From positions 1,012 through 65,011 of the forward strand of contig CAMNPM010000007.1 of the NCBI GenBank assembly GCA_946548065.1: 64,000 bases of DNA, in the 5' to 3' direction. Origin of the DNA: an uncultured Prevotella sp. Lineage in GTDB: Bacteria > Bacteroidota > Bacteroidia > Bacteroidales > Bacteroidaceae. The notes beneath the pieces were generated by a model. The model was not told the origin of the DNA. It searched no databases and saw only the letters and a list, made by a program, of their open reading frames with translations. Within the stretch, counting starts at the first letter, position 1. Every line of letters begins with the position of its first letter. This document shows positions 25,544 through 35,470 of this stretch, piece by piece. Position numbers and translations under genes: made by a program.

Positions 25544-28261
25544 ATGATTACTAACTTAAGAACAATTCTATTATCGCTGCTTGCCTTGCTGGTGCTTTCG
25601 GGTCGGAACGACGCGAGAGCCCAGCAACTGCAGGCTTCATTATCACACTATTCCACCGACGACGGACTGCCCAGCAATGCCGTTGCCGGACTATACACCG
25701 ACGACTACGGATACTTGTGGCTGGCCACCTGGAATGGTATATCACGATTCGACGGATACCATTTCTACAACTACAAGACGGGTGTGGCAAGCGGTATTCG
25801 CGGACTGCACAACCGTGTGGAACACATCACCATCGACCTGGCCCAGAACGTATGGCTGAAGATGTACGACGGCCGCATCTTCGTCATCAACCGCAAGACC
25901 GACCGTATAGAAGACCCGCTGGAGGGCGTTGGCGACCACAGCGACCTGCTGGTCGACTATTTCTTTGCGCCCTATGTCACCCGGATGGGCGACCTGCTGA
26001 TATCGTACGGCAAGGCTGGACTCTACAAGCTGCACCTGGACCGCAACGGATACAAGCAAGACCTGATTATCACCAGCGGACAGACGGTGAACTGTGTGGT
26101 GGAAGGATACCGGTCGGACATCTGGGCAGGAACCGAAAACGGCATACACCGCATCAACATGTCGAACCTGTCGCTGGAGCGTAAGGGATATCTGGAAAAC
26201 GAACACGTCAAGTGCCTGGCCACCAACGGATATAACATTTTTATCGGCACCAAGTCGGGAGGCATCTACCGCTTCACCTACGGACAGGAGCCTGAGCTGC
26301 TGAAGAATGTAGGCAGAGAGATTACAGGACTCTTTGTCGACAGCCGCGGAGTGATCTGGTTTTCCGACCTTGGCGACGGGGCTTACCGTCTGAAGCCAGA
26401 GACGGGCGATGTCAAGTTTTTCAGTCAGCGAGTGATGGTGCCCGAGTTCACCAGCCGAGGGGCTGAGTTTGCCGAGAAGCTGGGACACGTCTGGGTGCGC
26501 ATGAACCACGGTGGCTATGGCTACTATAACCGCGAGACCGACGAGGTGGAATACTTCCACAACGACCCCAGCAACCCCTGGAACCTCTCCAACTCAGTGA
26601 ACGCACGTCTGGAGATGAATGACGGTGTGGTGTGGGAGTCGACCAACCGCCGAGGGCTGGAGAAGCTGGAGGTACTGAAAAGAACCATTGCCCGCACACG
26701 GCCCCTGCCCGAGTCGACACTGCCGCTGGACCATGAGATACGTGCTATGTGCTATGACTCGCAGCGGCATCATACGCTGATATGCAACAAGCACGGCAGC
26801 ATCTTTGTCTACGACGACCAAGGCAACCAGATAGGACACATCACACACGACTCGAAAGGAAACCCCATAGGCCGTCCCTACGGCATATCGGCAGACTCGA
26901 AAGGCAACTACTGGGTGTGCGACAAGGACAACGGTGTCTACAAGATTACCCCAGGCGGCAACGGCAGCTATACGGTGCTGAACATCAGGCACGACGACAA
27001 CGACAAATGGTCGCTAAGCAGCAATGCAGCCTACCAAGCCGTAGAAGACAAGAAGGGCAACATCTGGGTGGCCACCTATGGCGGAGGAGTGAATCTGCTG
27101 AAGAAGGGCAAGGACGGCAAATACATAGCCTTCCATTCGCAGAACGTGCTGAAGAGCTATCCCGCGGGGACTCACCAGAAGGTGCGCACCATCACCGTTG
27201 CCAAAGATGACAAGGTATGGGCCGGTACCACCGACGGCATACTCATCATATCGATGAAGAACAACAATGTCATGGTGGAAACACTGAAAGAGCCGGAGAA
27301 GCTGGAAGACGGTTTGCAGAGTACCGACATCGTATGTCTGGCCTGCGACAAGAGCGGCACTGTGTGGGTAGGCACCAACAGCGGTGGACTAAGCCGCACC
27401 ACGAAGCAGGAAAGCAGCGGTGCCTGGCGCTTTGAGAGCTACGGGATAGCCGACGGTCTCCCCTCTGAGGAGATACGCAGCATCACCTTCGATGAGAAGG
27501 GAAACGTATGGTTTGCTACCGACCACATACTATGCTCGTTTGATGTCAGCAAGAAAATCCTCACCACCTTCTCGCAGCTCGACGGTGTCGACGACACGAT
27601 GTGCTCGGAAGGCTCTGCCATCATGGCAGGAGGCGGCAAGATTCTCTTCGGCACCATGGACGGATTCTACACCATCGACCGAAAGAAACTCACTACGTCG
27701 ACCGGATCGCTGCTGAAGCTGCGCATCACCGACTTCTTCCTGGACGACGTGCTGCAGAGTCCCCGACTGACAGACACCTATGACTACTATGTGCCAGAGA
27801 GCAAAAGCGTCACCATACCAAAGGAGGCCACTACCTTTGCCTTCAGGTTTGCAGCACTGAACTATTCGCTGCAGCACCGACTGGTATATCAGTACATGCT
27901 GGAAGGCTATGACGAAGACTGGCAGAATGCCGACAAGACACGAACGGCCCTCTACGAGGACATTCCTGCAGGCAGCTATACATTCAAGGTGAAGACATTC
28001 CTGCAGGAGTCGCCAGAGGCCTATGACATGCGCACCATAGAAGTGACGGTGAAGAGGAACTTCTTCGCTTCTGCTCTGTTCTGGATATTACTCATCATAT
28101 TCCTTGCGCTGACGGCAACGGGAATATGGTGGCTACTCAAAAAACGAAAGACCAAGCAGCCGGACAAGACGTCGGAAAAGGCGGAGACAGAAAGCACTGA
28201 AACAATAAAAGAACAAAAAACTGAAGAAAAAACTGACGAATACGAAATAATTGAGGAATAA
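25544..28261 (+). CDS. Two-component regulator propeller + Y_Y_Y domain membrane protein with no kinase or output domain
   Basis: Signal peptide, repeated DxxGxxWxxT propeller blades (DGLPSN), YQYMLEGYDEDW...Y Y_Y_Y domain, TM helix, ~40-aa charged tail. Confidence 0.85.
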   Translation: MITNLRTILLSLLALLVLSGRNDARAQQLQASLSHYSTDDGLPSNAVAGLYTDDYGYLWLATWNGISRFDGYHFYNYKTGVASGIRGLHNRVEHITIDLAQNVWLKMYDGRIFVINRKTDRIEDPLEGVGDHSDLLVDYFFAPYVTRMGDLLISYGKAGLYKLHLDRNGYKQDLIITSGQTVNCVVEGYRSDIWAGTENGIHRINMSNLSLERKGYLENEHVKCLATNGYNIFIGTKSGGIYRFTYGQEPELLKNVGREITGLFVDSRGVIWFSDLGDGAYRLKPETGDVKFFSQRVMVPEFTSRGAEFAEKLGHVWVRMNHGGYGYYNRETDEVEYFHNDPSNPWNLSNSVNARLEMNDGVVWESTNRRGLEKLEVLKRTIARTRPLPESTLPLDHEIRAMCYDSQRHHTLICNKHGSIFVYDDQGNQIGHITHDSKGNPIGRPYGISADSKGNYWVCDKDNGVYKITPGGNGSYTVLNIRHDDNDKWSLSSNAAYQAVEDKKGNIWVATYGGGVNLLKKGKDGKYIAFHSQNVLKSYPAGTHQKVRTITVAKDDKVWAGTTDGILIISMKNNNVMVETLKEPEKLEDGLQSTDIVCLACDKSGTVWVGTNSGGLSRTTKQESSGAWRFESYGIADGLPSEEIRSITFDEKGNVWFATDHILCSFDVSKKILTTFSQLDGVDDTMCSEGSAIMAGGGKILFGTMDGFYTIDRKKLTTSTGSLLKLRITDFFLDDVLQSPRLTDTYDYYVPESKSVTIPKEATTFAFRFAALNYSLQHRLVYQYMLEGYDEDWQNADKTRTALYEDIPAGSYTFKVKTFLQESPEAYDMRTIEVTVKRNFFASALFWILLIIFLALTATGIWWLLKKRKTKQPDKTSEKAETESTETIKEQKTEEKTDEYEIIEE

Positions 28262-28264
28262 TTC

Positions 28265-28295
28265 TTTGCTATATCCCTATTTTTTCGTACCTTTG
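28265..28295 (+). promoter_or_regulatory. Bacteroidota housekeeping-sigma promoter
   Basis: TTTG (28265-28268), 19-nt spacer, TACCTTTG (28288-28295). Confidence 0.75.
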
Positions 28296-28300
28296 CAACA

Positions 28301-28495
28301 GAAAAAGGGGTCGTGCCGATTCGATCGGGATACTCATCAAATTACACTGAAAACAGAGACCGCTTCTCTAGTCAATGGCGGGCCACAACTCTGCCAGGCA
28401 GAAAGCCGAAAGGCCAGTGGATTACAACGACGGAGAGCACTCGAATCTTTTAACAAAGGAGTTTTCATCACATCATCGGGCGACCCCATTTTTTT
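28301..28495 (+). ncRNA. ~190-nt rod-shaped ncRNA, 6S RNA candidate
   Basis: Closing stem GGGGTCG..CCGAT / ATCGG..CGACCCC, then ACTC/GAGT, a central unpaired region, an apical domain with small hairpins (CTGCCAGGCAG, GCCGAAAGGC), T7 tail; has its own promoter. Confidence 0.65.
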
Positions 28496-28521
28496 CATTC
28501 ACATCTTAAGCGTTTAGAGTT

Positions 28522-29124
28522 ATGTTTTCCGGTATCATTGAAGAGTTTGCTACCGTTGTAGCCATCAAGAAAGACAGAGACAATATCGACTTCAACCTGC
28601 GTTGCTCGTTTACGGGCGAGTTGGGCATCGACCAGAGCGTTGCCCATAACGGCGTGTGCCTGACGGTAGTACGAATAGAAGGCGACACCTATACGGTAAC
28701 AGCGATGAAAGAGACCTTGGAGCGTTCGAACCTCGGGCTGCTCAAGGTGGGTGACAAAGTGAACGTAGAGCGCTCTATGCTGATGAACGGCCGACTGGAC
28801 GGACATATCGTGCAAGGCCATGTGGACGAGACAGCCCGCTGCATAGCCGTAGAAGATGCCAACGGAAGCACCTACTTCACCTTTGAATACAAACTTGACA
28901 AAGAGATGGCCCGCAATGGATATTTCACCGTTGACAAAGGGTCAGTAACGGTCAATGGTGTCAGCCTCACCGTATGCAACCCTACGCAGAACACTTTCCA
29001 GGTTGCCATCATCCCGTACACATTTGAGCATACTAACTTCTGCGACATTCAGGTGGGGTCGGTCGTGAACCTCGAATTCGACATTATCGGTAAATATATT
29101 GCTCGCCTGCAGCAACTGTCATGA
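28522..29124 (+). CDS. ribE: Riboflavin synthase alpha chain
   Basis: MFSGIIEE, SVAHNGVCLTV, GHIVQGHVD, VNLEFDIIGKY. Confidence 0.95.
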   Translation: MFSGIIEEFATVVAIKKDRDNIDFNLRCSFTGELGIDQSVAHNGVCLTVVRIEGDTYTVTAMKETLERSNLGLLKVGDKVNVERSMLMNGRLDGHIVQGHVDETARCIAVEDANGSTYFTFEYKLDKEMARNGYFTVDKGSVTVNGVSLTVCNPTQNTFQVAIIPYTFEHTNFCDIQVGSVVNLEFDIIGKYIARLQQLS

Positions 29125-29759
29125 CCCGCAAACAACGTTACGACACCGTACTCAGCTACTTTCGCACACAGATGCCTGAAGTGCAGACCGAACTGGAGTT
29201 CGGCAGTGTGTTTCAGTTACTTGTTGCTGTTATCTTGAGTGCTCAATGCACAGACAAGCGCATCAATCAGGTTACGCCGGAACTGTTTCGTCACTATCCC
29301 GATGCCCGCACAATGGCACAGGCTGATGTTGACGACGTGCTGGAATACATCAAGAGTGTTTCTTATCCCAATTCCAAGGCTGAGCATCTGGTACGTATGG
29401 CCCGTATGCTGGCTGAAAAGCATGATGGCGAGGTCCCCTCGGACATGAACCAGCTGCTCGACCTTCCCGGCGTAGGGCGCAAAACTGCCAATGTGATACA
29501 GAGTGTGGCCTTTGGGAAGTCCACGATGGCTGTCGATACCCACGTCTATCGGGTGAGCCACCGCCTGGGACTTGTGCCTCAGTCTGCCGACACACCCTAC
29601 AAAGTAGAACAGGAACTAATAAAAAACATACCCGCGGAGGATATTCCACGGGCACATCATTGGTTGCTGCTGCACGGACGTTATGTCTGCACGTCGCGCA
29701 AGCCTCATTGCGACAGGTGTGAGCTTAGCGACGCTTGTCCTTCTTACGGCCAGACTTAG
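29121..29759 (+). CDS. nth: Endonuclease III
   Basis: LSAQCTD, LPGVGRKTAN HhH, VDTHV, C-x6-C-x2-C-x5-C FeS motif. Confidence 0.95.
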   Translation: MTRKQRYDTVLSYFRTQMPEVQTELEFGSVFQLLVAVILSAQCTDKRINQVTPELFRHYPDARTMAQADVDDVLEYIKSVSYPNSKAEHLVRMARMLAEKHDGEVPSDMNQLLDLPGVGRKTANVIQSVAFGKSTMAVDTHVYRVSHRLGLVPQSADTPYKVEQELIKNIPAEDIPRAHHWLLLHGRYVCTSRKPHCDRCELSDACPSYGQT

Positions 29760-30171
29760 CCTGCCACCCCTTCATCATCCTACGATAGAAATGCGTCTCT
29801 GCCTTGATGACATCATACAGCTTGGAGGCTGATACCACCTGAAGCATTTTCTTGTGATAACACTGCTCCAGCTGTTTCAGTTCCAGATTGCACTTGTCGC
29901 GCTCCTTGATGGCTTCTGCACACCCCGCCTCGTCGGCTGGTTTGCTCTTGCCCAGACCGCGCATGCGCTGATAGATGGGACGCTGCTTCTTGTGCATCTC
30001 GCGAAAGATGGGGAATAGCTTGGCGGCCTCCTGCTGATCCAAGCCTGCTTCCTTGGTGATATAGGCCTCCATCTCAGCGTCGAACTTCTCAGGCGAGAAC
30101 TTCTGGTGCTCTTGTGCTTGCAGGGTCGCTGCTGCCAGCAGGAAAAGAAATGTAACAACAATATGCTTCAT
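29725..30171 (-). CDS. Exported helical protein (Spy/CpxP-like) in ECF sigma operon
   Basis: Signal peptide; helical, charged; follows the anti-sigma candidate. Confidence 0.55.
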   Translation of the reverse strand: MKHIVVTFLFLLAAATLQAQEHQKFSPEKFDAEMEAYITKEAGLDQQEAAKLFPIFREMHKKQRPIYQRMRGLGKSKPADEAGCAEAIKERDKCNLELKQLEQCYHKKMLQVVSASKLYDVIKAETHFYRRMMKGWQAKSGRKKDKRR

Positions 30172-30195
30172 CAGCTCAAATTATTCAGTTAGTCG

Positions 30196-30537
30196 CTAAT
30201 TATCTGCCAGACATGCATAAATCTCTGTATTGTCAATCATTGCATAGTCGGCAGCATCGTCAATATACGAATTGTCCGTACCAACCTCGACAGCAGCCAC
30301 CACCGGCAATTCCTCACTCTCCTGATGGAAATAGTAGGTAAGCCCCATTACGGCTAACAGCACCACAGAGGCAGCGGCATAGAGCCATCGGCGCAACCGA
30401 ACCTGGCGCGACTGTCTGTCTGACTGCGGCAACTGAGCCATCACGCGGTCGGGCAGCTGGTCGAAATAACCCTCTGGCACACGGAACGGATTCTGCCGTC
30501 CGAACGTCTCTTCAATATGTCTTTCTTCGTTGGTCAT
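30196..30537 (-). CDS. Putative anti-sigma factor (single TM)
   Basis: NPFRVPEGYFD motif followed by a TM helix, directly downstream of the ECF sigma gene. Confidence 0.7.
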   Translation of the reverse strand: MTNEERHIEETFGRQNPFRVPEGYFDQLPDRVMAQLPQSDRQSRQVRLRRWLYAAASVVLLAVMGLTYYFHQESEELPVVAAVEVGTDNSYIDDAADYAMIDNTEIYACLADN

Positions 30538-30579
30538 TCTGTAATCTTTGATGTTATGACGATATTGGCAGCTGAAGGT

Positions 30580-31131
30580 TTAATCCCGCTGCCTGAAAAA
30601 CTCAGATATTTTTTTTACGGCTATATGATAAGAAGCTTTCAGCGACCCCTCAGTAGTGTGCAGCAGCTCGCTCATGTCGCTATACTTCATGTCTTCAAAG
30701 TAGCGCAGGTTGAACACCGTCCGCTGTACTTCCGGCAGCCGGGCTATTGCTTCCTGCAGCTGGGCTTGAGTCGCGTCGCCGTCGAAATATTCATCAGCCA
30801 TAAGCATACTTACCACACTGCCTTCCTCATGGTCTGTGCTGACTACTGAAAAGTTTTTCTTCTTTCTCAAGAAGTCGATGCTTTCGTTGACGGCAATACG
30901 ATACAGCCAGGTGGACAGTTTCGACTCATGATGGAAATGATCCAGATGCGACCACGCTTTGAGGAACACATTCTGAACCACGTCGTCTGCATCTTCGTGA
31001 GTCAGTACGATACGCCGCACATTCCAGTACAGTTGTTCACTGTACTGGCGTACCACCTGCTCAAACGCCCGTCGGCGTGTCACCGGGTCGGACAACTCAC
31101 GGATTAACTGCTGCTCGTCTTTCTGCGTCAT
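30580..31131 (-). CDS. ECF sigma-70 factor
   Basis: Start MTQKDE at 31131; DADDVVQNVFLKAW, STWLYRIAVN, region 4 with GSLKASYH. Confidence 0.92.
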   Translation of the reverse strand: MTQKDEQQLIRELSDPVTRRRAFEQVVRQYSEQLYWNVRRIVLTHEDADDVVQNVFLKAWSHLDHFHHESKLSTWLYRIAVNESIDFLRKKKNFSVVSTDHEEGSVVSMLMADEYFDGDATQAQLQEAIARLPEVQRTVFNLRYFEDMKYSDMSELLHTTEGSLKASYHIAVKKISEFFRQRD

Positions 31132-31142
31132 AGAGAGTAGTG

Positions 31143-32726
31143 TTACAAGTAAGGCTTCAGCTGGTTCCACATCACCTCATCGTAGCCATAGACGTCGGGC
31201 CAGGTCTGAAGTACCCCATTCTCGTCGGGCCAGAGAGTATAGTATATAATATAAAGAGGTACGCGAGGCTTCACTGGGACATACCCAATCAGTTTGTTTC
31301 GGTCTTTCGCCTCAGGATGGCTGTCGACATAGTCCAACCCATGAGGTGTCTCGGGCGACAGCCCCATTGCTATCCGTATCTTGTCCAATAGCCATTCATC
31401 AGGATCCTCCAACACAAAACGGGCCAGTTCGAAAGGTTTTGCCACTCTTACACAGCCGTGAGAGACAGCCCTGCCGTCGCGCGAGAAGGCTCCCGGGTTG
31501 GAGGTGTCATGAAGGAACACCGAGAAATTGTTCTTGAAACGAAACACGATGCGTCCCAGCGAGTTGCCTGCCCCACCCTCTTGGGCTACGCGGTATTTGC
31601 CGCTGAGCAGCATCTGGCGGGAGACGCTCTCTACGGAGACCTGCTGGTTGGTGGCGCGTTCGTAGATGTTGTACCTGTTCCTCGTAAAGTAAGCCGTATC
31701 GCCAGCGTGGCGGACCACATCTGTCTCGACTATGCTCATAGGAATAACCCACTGGGGGTTAATCTCCATCCACTCAATATTGCTGCTCAGCTGGGGAGTC
31801 TTGGTCTTCACATTGCCGCACACCACACGCATGTCCAATGTCTCAACATCACTATAGGCATAGAGGTGATAAGCAGGAATGTTGACTACTATCCGCTTTC
31901 CCTCCGTAGCTATGGGCTGATGTCTGCGCCAGCGGCTCCGCTCCATGTTGACAATGATGCGCTTACGCTGTTCGGAAGACACGGCTGTAGGCAGCATGGC
32001 CTGCAGACGGGAATAGTAGGAATCCCGGGGCTGTATCTCACGCAGGTAGGTGTCAAGACTGTCGTTTCTTACCTTCCGAAGCACTTGTGCCGCATAGTCC
32101 TTGTCGGGGTGGTCCATCTCGACATCGAACAACCCGCGATACTTCACTGTTTTCTTCACTGTGTCCGACTTCTCGACATCCAGGTTGTTTAAAAGATGCT
32201 GTGGATTGACAAACCCGAAGCGCTGTCCGTAACAGTATCGCAGGCACGACTTCGTCAGCCTGAATTCCAACTGTGCGGCAAGCTGGCTGATGCCCTGTGG
32301 GCCAATCTTCAAACTGCGCAGGCGTTGCAGATCCTGCATGATAGTCTCTACTTCGAAGGCCCGCTCCGAGAATCCCATGTCGCCCGCCTGCCGGAGCCAG
32401 GAGAGCAGCGTGTCTGCACGATGGTCTATCCCATACCGGCTGACCCATATCAGCCTGTTGTCCGTACTGCGGTAGTAGTTGCACGTCTGGCGGTCGGCCA
32501 AGGTGGCTCCGGCATCCTCACGTACTAGCTTGCGCAGGCAGGCATCTATTTCATGCCTGTCTAACACAAAGGCAGGCGTCTTCAGTCCTGAAAACGCCTC
32601 CATCGTGATATTCCTGTCCTGATGGTTGTTTCCGCTGTTACATCCACACAGGAGCAACAACAGCAAGAAAGCCGTTAGTGAATGGCAACCTTTCTTACAA
32701 CCTTTCCTATTTTCAAGATATAGCAA
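31143..32726 (-). CDS. L,D-transpeptidase (YkuD/YcbB family) lipoprotein
   Basis: Lipobox LLCGC; VNIPAYHL, FLHDT...SHGCVRV catalytic His/Cys; start uncertain (TTG at 32726). Confidence 0.85.
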   Translation of the reverse strand: MLYLENRKGCKKGCHSLTAFLLLLLLCGCNSGNNHQDRNITMEAFSGLKTPAFVLDRHEIDACLRKLVREDAGATLADRQTCNYYRSTDNRLIWVSRYGIDHRADTLLSWLRQAGDMGFSERAFEVETIMQDLQRLRSLKIGPQGISQLAAQLEFRLTKSCLRYCYGQRFGFVNPQHLLNNLDVEKSDTVKKTVKYRGLFDVEMDHPDKDYAAQVLRKVRNDSLDTYLREIQPRDSYYSRLQAMLPTAVSSEQRKRIIVNMERSRWRRHQPIATEGKRIVVNIPAYHLYAYSDVETLDMRVVCGNVKTKTPQLSSNIEWMEINPQWVIPMSIVETDVVRHAGDTAYFTRNRYNIYERATNQQVSVESVSRQMLLSGKYRVAQEGGAGNSLGRIVFRFKNNFSVFLHDTSNPGAFSRDGRAVSHGCVRVAKPFELARFVLEDPDEWLLDKIRIAMGLSPETPHGLDYVDSHPEAKDRNKLIGYVPVKPRVPLYIIYYTLWPDENGVLQTWPDVYGYDEVMWNQLKPYL

Positions 32727-32989
32727 CCTTTAGGTACGTTTAGTTCCACCCGTTGTGCCGGACTCTCTATCTTCAGGGTCATCACCTTCCGACCCGTCAG
32801 CGAGACCACCTCCAATGTCTTGCCCTGTGCGCCATTGATGGTTACCCACTGCCCGTTCATGGTGAGGGTGATATCATCGTCAATGGCCTGCTCCATCTGC
32901 AAGAAATCAGCATCGGCAGCAACACCCCTGATGGGTGCTGCAAACATTCCCATAAATACAATAGATATAATGAGTAGTCTTTTCTTCAT
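32675..32989 (-). CDS. Small exported protein resembling a stand-alone T9SS C-terminal (Ig-like) domain
   Basis: Signal peptide then VVSLTGRKV...PKGCYILKIGKVVRKV. Confidence 0.55.
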   Translation of the reverse strand: MKKRLLIISIVFMGMFAAPIRGVAADADFLQMEQAIDDDITLTMNGQWVTINGAQGKTLEVVSLTGRKVMTLKIESPAQRVELNVPKGCYILKIGKVVRKVAIH

Positions 32990-33067
32990 AAGCAATTATT
33001 CGAATAATTGGTGCAAATATACAAAAAAAGTTCTATTCCACCAAACTTTTTACCGAAAAAAGTAGAT

Positions 33068-33982
33068 TCACACGTCAAACGTAGCCTGTTCAGTGGTCAG
33101 GAAGGAATTGGGGAACACCTCCTGAGCCTCTTTCAGCAACACACTTTCATCGTCATACCGCTGCGAATAATGCCCCAGCAGCAGCTTGCCGGCATTGGCA
33201 TCGCGCGCCACCATCGCCGCCTGACGGGCCGTAGAGTGACAATACTTCTGAGCCAGCAGCAAGTTGTCTTCGCCATAGGTGCTTTCGTGATACAGCATGG
33301 TGACCCCTTCGATGCGCTGGTGCAATGTGGGAATATACCGGGTGTCGCTGCAATAGGCATACGAACGAGCGGGATCGGCGGGTGTCACAAGTCTGCTGTT
33401 AGCCACCCGCTCGCCCTCTGGCGTCACCCAGTCGGCACCGTTTTTAATATTGTTGATCTGGCTGACGGGGATATGGTAGAAATCAATCATGTCCCGACGG
33501 ATATGTGCCAAGGTAGGTTTTTCGCGGAACAGGTATCCACAGCAGGGCATGCGATGCTCCAGCGGAATACTCTCCACCGTCAGCGAGCGGTCTTCGTAGA
33601 CCACCTGCTGGCAAGTTGTGTCCACAGCCACGAAGTCGACCTCGTAGTCGAAGTCATGACAGAACAAAGCCATCTGTTGTTTCAGCATGCTCTCCAATGC
33701 CTGAGGAGCATAAACGGTCAGCCTGGCCGTCCGCCCCAGCAGGCCGAAGGTGCTGAGCAGACCTATGAGTCCGAAACAATGGTCGCCGTGCAGATGGGTG
33801 ATGAACACGGCACTGATCTTAGTGAATCTGATTCTTGAGCGCCGCAGCTGTATCTGTGTTCCCTCACCACAGTCCACCAGAAACTGCTTCCCCCGCAGCT
33901 CAACCACCTGTGCGGAGGAATAGTGTCGGGGCGTGGGCAGCGCACTGCCACAGCCCAGGATATGTACTCTGAAAGGCTCCAA
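33068..33982 (-). CDS. rnz: Ribonuclease Z
   Basis: LGCGSALP, DCGEGTQ, THLHGDH, HESTY, HST, GHYSQRY. Confidence 0.95.
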   Translation of the reverse strand: MEPFRVHILGCGSALPTPRHYSSAQVVELRGKQFLVDCGEGTQIQLRRSRIRFTKISAVFITHLHGDHCFGLIGLLSTFGLLGRTARLTVYAPQALESMLKQQMALFCHDFDYEVDFVAVDTTCQQVVYEDRSLTVESIPLEHRMPCCGYLFREKPTLAHIRRDMIDFYHIPVSQINNIKNGADWVTPEGERVANSRLVTPADPARSYAYCSDTRYIPTLHQRIEGVTMLYHESTYGEDNLLLAQKYCHSTARQAAMVARDANAGKLLLGHYSQRYDDESVLLKEAQEVFPNSFLTTEQATFDV

Positions 33983-33994
33983 GACCGATACTGC

Positions 33995-34654
33995 TTACAT
34001 GAAAAACTCGTCCTGAGCATCTTCCAGCTCAATCTCCGTGCCGTATTTCTCGCGAGGCTTCTGCCTGCTGTATTCAAACGTCTCTTCAGCATCCTTGTAG
34101 ATCAGCGAGTCGGGACCCAGCTTCACCAGGTCGTAGATGTAAGTCTCCTCTTCCTCGCTGCCGCCCTCGCGCACCAGTACGATCTCCAGCTTTCCGCGCG
34201 ACAGACGCCAAGTCTTATAGGTAATATTCGACTGTTCGATACTTTCGGCAATACCGCCCTCCTTGATTCTGATTCCCACCTCGTCGGAACCGTCTAACGG
34301 GTTGGGCATCACCCAGTTGCCCAGCAGCGAAGCCTGGTCGATGACCATCGAGGCCGTCTGCTTCTTGGTGCCGGGAAGCACCGCCATACGATCGCCTACC
34401 TGCATGCCGCCAAACACCTTTCCATCCTCTTGTGCCGCTGAGATGTCGATGGACATCGTGTCACCCATATCCGTCACCAGCTGCAAGATATTCATGGCCG
34501 TACCCTCGACGCAGATTCCGTATATCGTAGGGTCAGCATTCACTATCTCTGACGAGTCGCCATTGTCAAATGGCACCTGCTTAGTACTGTTGCCGCAGCC
34601 GCCCATCATGAGCACTGCACATGCAACGACAGCTATTACTACTAATTTCTTCAT
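33995..34654 (-). CDS. Lipoprotein, possibly lipocalin-like
   Basis: Lipobox MGGC; LLGNWV...TYKTW beta-barrel-like segment. Confidence 0.6.
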   Translation of the reverse strand: MKKLVVIAVVACAVLMMGGCGNSTKQVPFDNGDSSEIVNADPTIYGICVEGTAMNILQLVTDMGDTMSIDISAAQEDGKVFGGMQVGDRMAVLPGTKKQTASMVIDQASLLGNWVMPNPLDGSDEVGIRIKEGGIAESIEQSNITYKTWRLSRGKLEIVLVREGGSEEEETYIYDLVKLGPDSLIYKDAEETFEYSRQKPREKYGTEIELEDAQDEFFM

Positions 34655-34660
34655 CGCTTT

Positions 34661-35470
34661 CTATTGTTTTAAGTTTGTATTCTCTTCTTGTTTGGCTTCA
34701 TCCCACAGCCGGTCCATCTCCTCCAACGTCATCTCTGTCAGGGGCTTACCCGAGCGAATGCTGTGCTGCTCGATATAGTTGAACCGGCGAATGAACTTCT
34801 GATTCGTCATCTCCAGCGCGTTGTCGGGATTCAGCTTATACAACCTGGCAGCATTGATGACGCTGAACAGAAAGTCGCCCAGCTCCTGCGTGGAACGCTC
34901 CTTGTCACCCTTCGACAGCTCGGCTTCCAACTCTGCCAGCTCCTCGTGCACCTTGCCCCACACATCCTGCTTGTCCTCCCAGTCGAAGCCTACGTTGCGG
35001 GCTTTGTCCTGCACACGATAGGCTTTGATGAGCGAAGGCAGGGCCGCCGGCACACCCGACAGCACACTCTTGTTGCCGTCTTTCTCCTTCAGCTTTATCT
35101 GCTCCCAGCTCTCCAGCACTTGCTCGGCATTCTTGGCCACAGCATCACCATAGACATGGGGATGGCGGAATATCAGCTTGTCGCACAGCTTGTTGCACAC
35201 GTCGGCAATGTCGAACGACTGCTTCTCCTCCCCTATCCTACCATAGAACACCACATGCAACAGCACGTCGCCCAGCTCCTTGCATATCTCGCGCTGGTCG
35301 TCGCGTATCAGGGCATCACACAGCTCATAGGTCTCCTCTATAGTATTGGGACGGAGGCTGTCGTTGGTCTGCTTCCTGTCCCAGGGGCATTCTTCGCGCA
35401 GGCGGTCCATCACGTCGAGCAACCGTCCAAAGGCCTCCAGTTTCTCTTCTCTTGTATGCATTCTTTCCAT
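34661..35470 (-). CDS. mazG: Nucleoside triphosphate pyrophosphohydrolase MazG
   Basis: CPWDRKQT, EETYEL, ELGDVLL, RHPHVY, second domain ELGDFLF; start 35470 or 35461. Confidence 0.95.
   Translation of the reverse strand: MERMHTREEKLEAFGRLLDVMDRLREECPWDRKQTNDSLRPNTIEETYELCDALIRDDQREICKELGDVLLHVVFYGRIGEEKQSFDIADVCNKLCDKLIFRHPHVYGDAVAKNAEQVLESWEQIKLKEKDGNKSVLSGVPAALPSLIKAYRVQDKARNVGFDWEDKQDVWGKVHEELAELEAELSKGDKERSTQELGDFLFSVINAARLYKLNPDNALEMTNQKFIRRFNYIEQHSIRSGKPLTEMTLEEMDRLWDEAKQEENTNLKQ

Noticed and set aside
28251-28517. 88-aa ORF, or an FMN riboswitch, upstream of ribE
   Set aside because: The ORF overlaps a promoter and a structured RNA; FMN aptamer consensus motifs are absent
29725-29759. 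Convergent 3' overlaps (nth/hypothetical 35 bp; 55147-55193 47 bp)
   Set aside because: Short tail-to-tail overlaps are common in compact genomes; no evidence of function
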